From NCBI GenBank assembly GCA_951406725.2, contig OX597817.1, positions 95,852,001 through 95,916,000 of the forward strand: a DNA stretch of 64,000 nt, in the 5' to 3' direction. Positions within the stretch are counted from its first letter, which is position 1; every line of letters starts with the position of its first letter. Below, in pieces: positions 13,696 to 24,118 of the stretch. A model generated the notes under the pieces. It saw only the letters and a program-made list of their open reading frames with translations. It did not search any database and was not told where the DNA came from. Origin of the DNA: Octopus vulgaris (lineage: Eukaryota). A program made the translations under genes and the position numbers.

Positions 13696-14167
13696 TACAG
13701 GGTAAATGTTTTTCAATTTTCTCCTGGTTTACGGAATTGACATTATTTTGTGGTTAAAGCTTTTGGCTGTTATTTCTAGTGGGTGAATGGCCTATTATTG
13801 CCGTTCCTTGATTGTTGATGTTGAACTTAAAAATGGTTTATGACTATTTAATTTTTTCCCACTAGGCCGCTGGTGGCAAAAGAATTCTACAAAATTTTTT
13901 TTGCCACCCTATATTGATTAATTATATATATATATATATATATGGATATATATATGCGCGTATATATATGTATGTATGTGGGTGTGTGTATGTGTATAAA
14001 TGTATGTATGTATGGATGTATGGATGTATGTATGTATGTATACGTATGTATGTGTATGTGTGTATATGTATGTATGTGTATGTGTGTATATATGTGTATA
14101 TGTGTGTATATGTGTATATATGTGTATGTATATGTGTGTGTATGTATATATGTGTATATATGTGTGA

Positions 14168-14227
<60 letters not shown>

Positions 14228-14641
14228 ATTTGTATGTAGGTGTACGTGTATGTGTGTGTATTTATATTTATTGGTGTATATGTATAGACTAGCCTTCTAA
14301 GAGTGTAGACATGAATCTGTAGGTACGCGTACGTATGTGTATATACGTGAATGTATGTAGATGTATGTATGTATGAATATAACGCGTGCGTGCGTGTTTG
14401 TGTATGAGTGTACGAATGAGTGAGTGTACGTGCTAAAGAGTGTGCGTGAGTGAATGAGTGCTTGTTTTCCAGTAGACAGATAAATGGACTGGCTGTCATA
14501 GCCAAGATGTTTGTGACCAAGCGGCCAAAGATAACAAAAGTAATAAACGAAGATAATAAAATTAAAATTAGGGAATGGGTCTGTATTTGTATGTGTATAT
14601 ATATATGTGTGTATGTGTAGATATGCATGGGTACACATGTG

Positions 14642-14698
<57 letters not shown>

Positions 14699-15116
14699 AT
14701 GTATATGTATGTGTGTGTATGTATATATATATATGTGTGTATGTGTATATATGTGTATATAGGGACTAGTGTGCTGGGTGTGCATGTGTGTGTGTGGATT
14801 TGTGTGTGTATGCGTGTATGTGAGTATGTGTGTGTATGTGTATATATATTTTTCTGTGTGTATATGTATGTGTGGTCGTGTGTGTGTATATATACATGTG
14901 TGTATACGTGTATGCATGTGAGTGTGTGTATGTATACATATATGTGTATGTGTAGATATGTATATGTATGTGTAAGTGTATATATATGTATATATATATG
15001 TGTGTGTATGTATGTGTGTATGTATATGTATATGTTTGTATGCGTGTGTATATATGTATACATATGTGCATAGGTATAAGTGAGAATCTCCTTATTTACC
15101 TAAAACTCTATCCCCC

Positions 15117-15154
<38 letters not shown>

Positions 15155-15338
15155 TATTTTTTATTTTTTATTTTTTATTTTTTATTTTTTATTTATTCTT
15201 CTATCTAATTTAACACTGACTCCTTGACCACTCCCCCAAGTATGATATTTTGCGCTATGCCTACCCCCAAAAAGTCCCCCACCAACACCCCTTTAAACCT
15301 GCCTAAATGTATAAATGCCAATACAATTCTTGTTAACT

Positions 15339-15389
15339 AGCTTCCTGAAGATTTCTCTTGAATGAAACAGTTCTAGTCCTGTAGAAGCT
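15339..15389 (+). ncRNA. Type I hammerhead candidate in the inverted pLTR (mirror of 5519-5569)
   Basis: agcttc-CTGAAGA-tttctcttgaat-GAAACag...ct-GTA-gaagct. Confidence 0.65.
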
Positions 15390-15398
15390 CCTTCTATA

Positions 15399-15430
<32 letters not shown>

Positions 15431-15509
15431 AATATAGTTGAAACATTCTACTAAAAATTATTCAAGGCGGTGCCACAGCATGGCCGCAGCTAAATGACTG
15501 AAACAAGTA

Positions 15510-15544
<35 letters not shown>

Positions 15545-16302
15545 GCACACATTTAAAACTGTGTTTCTTTTGGACATGTACAGACATGCAACTTTGCTCT
15601 TTGATCAGAATTTAGATTCGGAATGCATACCAATTTTAAGAAGAAAAGAAATTAAGCTTAGATAATTTCTTTTCTTCTTTATTTTGTATTTTGCCTAGTT
15701 TGGAGAAATAGAATGCCAGTCAAACTGCGAAATGAGTCTGCATAGAGTCAACTACTAATCAAACAACAATTCACGGTGACAAAAATACTCGTGTTGGCGA
15801 TTTGCCGAACTGTAAGGCTGCTTGTCCTAGCACCGCAGTACATCATATCTATCAACTTGTATTATCCAGCATCGAACTATTTCCTGAGGAACAGAACAAG
15901 ATAACCAGTTTTATCCATTCTGGTCTCTCACAGTTCTTTGATAGGTGCTTGGTACCATATGCAGACTTGACTGGTTGGAAGAATATAGCCACACATTAGG
16001 CAGCAGAGGATTATCTTAATAGCATTTTCTTTGACCTCGGTAGTTAGAAGAATTAGGTGGAATCCTCTGTGCCCGAGCAGTCTGATACTGAAGATATTCT
16101 TAAGATATGAATAAAATATTTCTCAGACATTTTTCACAATCTACCAGCAACAGATGAGAATGTTATAGAAGACTTGCCGCAACTCTATGCAATTGAAAAA
16201 ACGTGGATAATAATCTGTATACAGAGGAAGTAAAAAATGAGAATAAACAGAACAACTAAAGAAGACCAATCGGGAGGTGATGTTATACGAATGCACAAAG
16301 AT

Positions 16303-16425
16303 GGAAGCCCTTAACAATTATCAAGCCTATCACATAGCGCATCGATGTTCGTCTCCATTTTGGATTAAAATGGAGACGATCACCGATGTTCCATGAGATA
16401 GGCTTGATAATTGTTAAAGGCTTCC
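16303..16425. repeat. 123-bp imperfect palindrome (59-bp arms, 5-nt loop)
   Basis: ggaagcccttaacaattatcaagcctatc...cgtctccatttt ggatt aaaatggagacg...gataggcttgataattgttaaaggcttcc; about 7 mismatches. Confidence 0.85.
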
Positions 16426-16559
16426 TTATCATGACACTAATGATAGCCTTAATCCACAAATAATCTTTATCCAACAATGTAGTGTTTTAGCTTTTTAGCT
16501 CTTATTTCTAGTAATGTAGGTATTCTAACACCCTAGACACATTTAGTGTCAATTATAGT

Positions 16560-18340
16560 TTTCCTTTTTGGTAAAACATTGCACACGGCTGTCTGTATTA
16601 AGTTTCAAGTCAAGCTTATGAAGAGATAAACCTGGATAATTTACTACTTGTAATTGGTCAACAACAGTGTCAATAGATCTATATGAAGGTACATTAACAG
16701 ATCAAAGTTTATTGCATTCACTGTTATATTTTTCGGGGCTAGAATTGCTCTTTCACTCAACCATTTGCGATCCTTATGTTGTGCACTGAGATTTGGAAAA
16801 ACTTTGTTTATAAGTTTTTTTTCTGATTTTACCATTGGATTTATTGCACCGTCATTGTCTACAAGTACTCTTCCTTCTCTCAGTCTTGAGCAAACTGCTC
16901 AGATAATCTATCACCTTGGAGATATGCTCGCATATTTGTTTCAAGCTTCAGTACTTTCACGCAGTACCAGATGCGTGAAGATTTAAAGCATGCACGAATT
17001 TCCTCAGATTTCGTTCCCTTTGGAATAATTGGAAGGGTTCGTCCAAAATCACCAGGTAGAACAACTGTCACACCTCACATTGGAGCATCACTATTTCGAA
17101 TATCTCGCAATAACCTATCAACAGCTTCAACGGCTCTCCTCCTGGGGTATCTAGAAAGAATATTCCACCTTTCCGTGCCTAATGTTGTCAACAACTGCTT
17201 CGTATGCCTCTCTTTGATTTGGCAGTAGCTTTCATAATTTGCAAAATTATCAATGTTGTGATTTGTTTCTCTGGGCACTTCAGATGTTAGTCTGTTTTCA
17301 TTGCCATGAGTAACTTTAGGAAGCCCGTAATTCTGGAGCACTTCTCCAATAGCCAGGAATTTGCCTTCTATGTTAATCAATACACTATTGTACTCAAAGC
17401 AATGTCAGGTAATCTCTGTGCACTTGATGCATATCATTTTCAGACAGTTCATCTTTATACTTTACCCATAAGCTGTTTGAATAACCAATTTCATAGTTTC
17501 TTTTTAATATAATAGCAAACAAGGAGCTAAGACTACTTGCAATATGAGATACGAAACCCTCAGAAAGTTCCATGTCCCATTGAGAGTCATCTTCCAGTAA
17601 TCCAAGCTGAGGGTCAGCTTCACGATAGGTTTGACAGGTAGTATCATTAACAGTCCTTAAAGCATCGAAGGTTGTTGAACTCTTTCTTGTATGAAACAGC
17701 ATCCTTAAGTAGACACATTCATGTTGATTAGGGTGAACTGTATAAACTCTTCCAAGAGCACCGTCAAATCTGATATCGGGATGATTTTCAACAAGAGCTC
17801 CTCTTTTTCGCCTCTTTCATTGCTTATCATCCAATGTGTAGCAAAATGGTAGCTAGTATCAATAAATTGTCCTTGCAAATAGATCATCACGGCAAAGTTT
17901 GAAATAAGCTGTTTGAGTAGTTTCTTTAGGAACCAATGATTGTCGAGCGGCAACTGTTGACTCGGTGGATAATGTTCATGTATTGGAAATCCAAATATTC
18001 TCCAAAATGCTTCATTGCTGATGATGTATCTGCCTTGTTGATATATACTCACTTCATCTTACAGATCTGTCTTTGTAGATTTTGAGCTGCTCTATTTCTC
18101 TCCATTTGTTGTCTTGATGATTTTCGTACAGCTGATTCCTGTTGACGAATAGTTGCTGTTATTATCCTATCATCAGCATGTCTTTTTGCTCTTAGTTTTT
18201 TCTGATTCATTTTTGTCCTTTTTCTTTCTTTTTAGAGTATTTCTTGTTGCTACTTTTCACTTTCATTCTCACTTTGTAGCTGCATTGTCCTAGCTTCATG
18301 AGACTTTCTTCCAAATGAAGGCCTTTTCTTCGGTGGCATT
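16560..18340 (-). mobile_element. Decayed, internally deleted Helitron (Rep/Pif1 helicase relic)
   Basis: Fragments GRYIISNEAFWRIFGFPIHE, LRTVN..CQTYREA..LGLLEDDSQW, EAVDRLLRDIR, VLPGDFGRTLPIIPKG, WLSERAILAPKN. Confidence 0.85.
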
Positions 18341-18639
18341 TTCTGCTTGAAGCTTCAAATGTCACGATTTACAAATCTAAACTGCTTTTATACAAACCTT
18401 CAACTCATAAAATAAAAATATGATTGCTTCACGGCATAGCAATGTAGCACTTCTGTATCAAACTTCACAAAACAAAAGTAATATTACTTCGATGCACTCA
18501 AAAACCAGTTAACTAATAATGTTCAAACTTACCAGGAAAGGTCCTTAGACTGCCGTACCAACTGCTGTATCAACTGCCCGACACCAACTGACTTCTATGT
18601 GTTCACTCAATACTAACATGTGAAGTAGCGAGTTCCGCC

Positions 18640-19730
18640 CTTCGTTGCCGCCCTCCTTTGTGCTTACTGCTGCGATGTGGATTCATCCGGTATTGCAGAT
18701 AAAAATCTGTGTAGACGTTTTTTAAAGACTTCCATGTCTATACCTTGCAGATCCCTGATGTTCTGTGTTAGGGCATTAAAAAGTTGTGGTCCCTTGAATC
18801 CCGAGCTGTTACAATATTAGGTTCGTATCCTTGCTGGAGAAGATGGGACCTTTGGTACTGAGTAGTGCCGACCACTTCGAGGATTGTTGTAGATTTCTAC
18901 TCTGAAATTTGGAGCTAGATCCTTCATTATTTTCCATATGTATAGCACTGCATATCTCTCATGTCTCCTCCCAAGGGAGTAGAGTCCCAGTTCGTTCAAC
19001 CTCTCCCAGTAGCCCATGTGTTTTACTAAGTCTATCTTCTTTGTGTAGTGGTGTTGAATCGCCTCTAGTTTCGCGATTTACTTTATACTCTCTGGGGACC
19101 ACAGCTAGGAGTCCAGACGACTGAGGAAAAGGTTCTCCAAAGCATTGTGTCTCTGTTCCTGGTCCTGAAGAATCTACGGGTCCAACCAGCCACACGCCTG
19201 CATAGTGTTGCCATCTGAGCAATGTGCACATGGATAGTTGTGTCGTTGCTCATGTGGATTCCCAGATCACGCACGGACTCAAACTCTGGGGTTATATTGC
19301 CTGCTGCCCCCGTGTTCTTCAGCTGTAGTTTGTTTGTGGGCTGATAGCGGAGTGCTTGAAATTTTGCGCCATAGAACTGCATATTATTCTCATCAGCCCA
19401 TTTATATATTGCGTTCAGGTCACTCTGCAGTCTTACGATGTCAGTAGGATATTAGAGCGCCTGCGATACATTTGTATCATCGATGTAGCTAGTGAATGTG
19501 GTTAACACTATAGCTGAGGGAATGTCCGAGAGAGCAATCATAAACACTGGTGGTTTTACCACTATTCCCTGGGGGACTCCACTGAGGATTGGTGTCGCTT
19601 CAGAGAGAGCACCATTTGCTGTGTCAGTCTGACGTCTGCCCTTCAGGAAATCATGTAGCCACTCTCCCAGTCTACCAGCGATACCGAGGTCATGCAATTT
19701 GTGGCATATCATCCCATGGTCGACTCTGTC
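18640..19730 (-). mobile_element. 5'-truncated LINE related to the 34620-39300 element
   Basis: MICHKLHDLGIAGRLGEWLHDFLK, SGVPQG, SYIDDT and YWERLNELGLYSL closely match ORF2 at 37499-39241. Confidence 0.88.
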
Positions 19731-20431
19731 AAATAATATCTAGAAATATATATAATATATATTTAGATATCTGTATCTATAAAAGGCAGGATGTATGTGA
19801 GTGTGTGTGTACGTGAATGTAATTTATGCACATCCACAAATTAGCACGCACGTCGCTCCAATTTTAGGAGGACATTCGTCACCATCATACCTGGGTTTTG
19901 TCAACTTATTATTTTCCCGAGGCACCAGCGGATAGCGGTAAAAATCTATTTTCAACCATAACGTTTAGCAATTTTGAAGTTTACTAACATGAGTTAAGTC
20001 CCTTCTTGCCATAGCCAAAATGTGTGTATGAGGGAGGGAGAGAGAGAGAAGTTGTGTGTTGATGTATGCGTATGTGTGTGTGTGTGAAGAAGAGAGAGTG
20101 TTTCACAGCGTCTAACAAAAAAAGTAAAGAAAAAGTATGTGTAAGGGAGAGGGGGAGAGGGTTTGACAGCGTCTAACAAAAAGGATAAAGAAAAAGTGGG
20201 AGAGAGAGGGAGAGTAAGTGCATAAAAATATAAAAATGTAAAATGTTTTTTTTTAAACACGAGATATAGTCTTCAAATTTTGGATGTTTTTGAAAGACAA
20301 TATTTTATAATCAGATTATATATACTTTCTTACACAATTAAACTATATTTATTTTAAGTCGTTTATTTATTTTAGATCGTTCATTATTTTCCTACCATTC
20401 ACACACACACATTAATTTGTACGCCATAGAG

Positions 20432-21064
20432 CAGGGGTGGGCAAACTACGGCCCGCGGGCCGCATGCGGCCCGCCATGGGTTTTCATGCGGCCCGCCAAG
20501 ATCTTTTATGAATCCCAACTTCTATGCAGATACTTCGTAACTGTTTCAGTTGTACGGTAATTCACAATAGTTTGCATTTTATTTCAGTTCACTGTTTCGT
20601 GCCTTCACAAAATTGTCCGCTGTTTGTTTGTTTCAGCTACTGTGAAGCGAAGAAAAATTTCGAGAAATATTCCCATGATATCATAATAAAATACATTTCC
20701 GGGTGAAGATATGGTTGTCCATAATATTAAGATGTGGTTGTCCACAATTAGTGCAGATTTTACTAGGAAAATTCCGTTCCTGGCAATTTGTAAGCAATAA
20801 CAGGCTGTCCAAAATAACCGAGGTTCCTGTAATAATTTCAACTATAGGAGCAAATAACCGAAAAACATGAACCCGATACTCTAAAAAATAAATTAAATCA
20901 CTTAAACCAGGAATATTTCACAAAATTTCCTTTCAATCAATTGTGTGTTTATAGGTCTATAACCGCCTTTAAAAATATTTTCACTTGATTTTTATAAATG
21001 AGGCCCGCCAAGGTTCCAAAAACGCACTGTGCGGCCCGCGATCAAAAAAGTTCGCCCACCCCTG
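20432..21064. mobile_element. Non-autonomous hAT (Charlie-like) MITE, 633 bp
   Basis: TIRs caggggtgggcaaac / gttcgcccacccctg; perfect 8-bp TSD ccatagag (20424-20431, 21065-21072); subterminal ggcccgc repeats. Confidence 0.92.
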
Positions 21065-21821
21065 CCATAGAGTTTTGTTTTGATTTTACACCGAAGAAAA
21101 AAGTGTTTTGTTGAGAATCCATTTACTTAACAACGAAGAAATAAAGAGACAGGTAACAATTTGTCAGTGAATTACACAATATAAATGGGTACAATTTCCG
21201 AGGCTTCCACCACACTCAGCCTGTTTTTCGGACCACAAAAAGGGTTTTGTAGCATATTAGGAGGCCAGAGTAGTTGATTCCATGCAAAAAAAAAAACGAT
21301 TTTGTTTTCTTAGTGAAAATCGTGCGAGTGTTAATCTATAAACTTACCAACATTTTCCCCATTCATTTCTGTTTATGAACATGTATACGAGCAAAACAAC
21401 ATATATGCAATTGATGTACGTACGTGTATGTGTGTTGCCCATATATATTTATATTATATATATATATTATATTTCTGTAACCTGGGCATGTATATATATA
21501 TACATATATATATATCTATATATATATATATATACGACGGGCTTCTTTCAGTTTCCGTCTACTAAATGCACTCACAAGACTTTGGTCGGCCCGAGGCTAT
21601 AGTAGAAGACACCTGTAAAAGGTGCCACGCAGTGAGACTGAACCCGGAAAAATGTGGTTGGGAAGCAAGCTTCTTACCACACAGCCACTGTAAGCGTCTA
21701 GTGTGAGGCGCTCATTTCAACTAGGTTTCCGAAACTGTCACCCATCTAAGTACTCACTAGGCTCGACGTTGCTTAACTTCGATGATAAGACAAGATCCGG
21801 TGCATTCAATGTGAAATGGCC

Positions 21822-21859
<38 letters not shown>

Positions 21860-21861
<2 letters not shown>

Positions 21862-21902
21862 TAAAGGGTCGAAACAAACCCGAGCAACGCCGGGCAATAC
21901 TG

Positions 21903-21960
<58 letters not shown>

Positions 21961-22288
21961 TAGTTTGTTTCGACCCTTTAGAATTGGAATTTTTGAAAAG
22001 TAAAAATTTTGCATTATGTAGATTTCAGTGAACATTTTTCTGGTTGAAATACACCGAAAAATGGCAACACAGCAGTCAAAAAATCGTAAAAAATAGGGAT
22101 TTTCATAGAAAAAAAGCACATTTTTGATGTAAATAATTTTTGGTGTTAACATGGTCCGATTTGAATTTTTTCTTCTATGGAATGAAGAGCAAGCCTTCTT
22201 CTAGCATACTCTCAATTTTAGTCAACTAGTGCTGCAGGTTCTCGGATAGTGTTAGTTACCAAGCCTGCCACACACAGACAACTTCTGC

Positions 22289-22295
<7 letters not shown>
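21860..22295. mobile_element. Non-autonomous Helitron termini facing each other across (TA)n
   Basis: + strand hairpin cccgagcaacgccggg...ctgcta matches the 3' end of the 28162 Helitron; a minus-strand element ends ...aaacaaaCTAG at 21960; both share ctaaagggtcgaaacaaac. Confidence 0.6.
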
Positions 22296-22339
<44 letters not shown>

Positions 22340-22349
22340 TTTTTTTTAT

Positions 22350-22550
22350 CTTTTACTTGTTTCAGTCATTTGACTGCGGCCATGCTGGAGCACCGCCTTT
22401 AGTCGAGCAAATCGACCCCGGGACTTATTCTTTGTAAGCCCAGTACTTATTCTATCGGTCTCTTTTACCGAACCGCTAAGTGACGGGGACGTAAACACAC
22501 CAGCATCGGTTGTCAAGCAATGCTAGGGGGATAAACACAGACACACAAAC

Positions 22551-22583
<33 letters not shown>

Positions 22584-22746
22584 CGACAGGCTTCTTTCAG
22601 TTTCCGTCTACCAAATCCACTCACAAGGCATTGGTCGGCCCGGGGCTATAGCAGAAGACACTTGCCCAAGATGCCACGCAGTGGGACTAAACCCGGAACC
22701 ATGTGGCTGGTTAGCAAGCTACTTACCACACAGCCACTCCTGCGCC
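22350..22746 (-). mobile_element. Full-length tRNA-derived SINE with CORE-like middle, internal microsatellite and LINE-like tail
   Basis: Box A/B-like head (tggctgtgtggtaag...gggtttagtccc), cttgggcaagtg, tail ggtgctccagcatggccgcagtcaaatgactgaaacaag; other copies near 21533, 39410, 47108, 47720, 53910 and 57830. Confidence 0.85.
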
Positions 22747-23199
22747 TATATATATATATATATATATTTTATTTTTCTAATTCATATATATATATTTCAT
22801 GCAATTTACGCATGCTTGCACGCGTGGTGAACACAGTTCACGTCAAACAGCTGACTGAGTAAAGTTCACTATTCAATGCATGGGACAAGGCCTAAACAAA
22901 CACATTATCGATTTTTGCACTTGCGTGATGAATTTCGGAACAGAAATAGCGCAGTTCAATTTTCATTCATCTAAACTTTAAGTGACCCATTTTTGGAGGT
23001 TCTACGATTTGTTGGCTAGGAGGAGATGTGCCGGGAAGTTAAACACACAGACACACACACACAGATACACACACAGATACACAAGTTGAGTTTCATATAT
23101 ATAGATATATAACAACTTTTCTCTTTTATCTAAAGGTATTGATATAAAAAATGTTTAAAGCAACTAACAAAAAGATGTTGTTTATTTACTTAGCTTATC

Positions 23200-24079
23200 G
23201 GAGGAAGAATTCCGTAATAAATATGAAGAGAAACTTAGAACTACAATAACTACAACCTATATAGCCCCATAAATATAGAGTTAGGCTATAATAATGGATA
23301 TCTATTACTAGTTTTTCAGAGATAACCAAATATGAAGTTACTAAAATAAAGATTATTCGCAGTAACTAACACGTAGATGTCCCTATATACGTATATTATG
23401 GAAGGAAGATCTCAGTAAATAAAATAGGATAAGCAAAAACAAGAGTTGAGTATCTACCCACCATAAGATGTAGTCAATATTATTTTTTTTAGATAAAGGA
23501 CTATAAATAGTATATATACAAACCTAGACTTAACTTTGACATCTCATTAAACCTTAAATCCGGATTATACTATCCCTACAGGAAACTAAATGAAATCACT
23601 AAATATGTTAGCAAATTCTCCAATCACCCCACCTCCTCCGTTAGCAATTCTTTAGCTAAAAGTATTCCATGTAGAATTACGCAACTCTCGATGAATGAAG
23701 ATATTTTCAATTCATACTCTCATTTTTACAATTCAGCTCTTTCTAACGCAAGATATAAACCGTAAGTTGTATATGAAATCTCTGCTGCCACTGGCTCATA
23801 TATTAGCAATGACATGTGTAGTGGGGTGCAGATGGTGATAGTAATGTAGTGGCACGTGGCCGTCTAAGTAAGAGAAATCTAGATGACGTTATCACTCCGA
23901 CTTCTATAAATTCTGGCAGAAATATAGGCCTAAATAAATCACCCATAATTAACAATGAATCACTTAGAAAAAGCATGGTTATTGATGATATTAACCATTC
24001 AAATGGGGATACTGGTATAAAAAAATTCGGTAAAAATAAAGGCAGTAAAAGTAAAAATCTAAATAAAAATGATAAAAAT

Positions 24080-24118
<39 letters not shown>

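Larger units (their letters stand above)
11008..13925. mobile_element. Tandem and inverted array of ~495-bp hammerhead-containing units (non-LTR retrozyme candidate)
   Basis: Unit spacing 497 bp (11192/11689) and 493 bp (12501/12994); blocks 11008-11152 (-), 11162-12078 (+), 12113-13407 (-), 13412-13925 (+); six hammerhead motifs in total. Confidence 0.85.
10477..15410 (+). repeat. Inverted copy of 5501-7530 (inverted pLTR), interrupted by the 11008-13925 array
   Basis: 10477-11007 is the reverse complement of about 6975-7530 and 13926-15410 of about 5501-6975; unique islands such as ggccgcttggtcacaaacatc and cttctacaggactagaac match. Confidence 0.9.

Noticed and set aside
11008-13925. CRISPR-like array or ordinary satellite DNA
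   Set aside because: No unique spacers or cas genes, eukaryotic context; few copies, mixed orientation and a ribozyme in every full unit.
15700-16260. Possible additional host exon after an AG near 15698
   Set aside because: All frames appear interrupted; residual similarity looks like a decayed RTE-type LINE rather than VWA.
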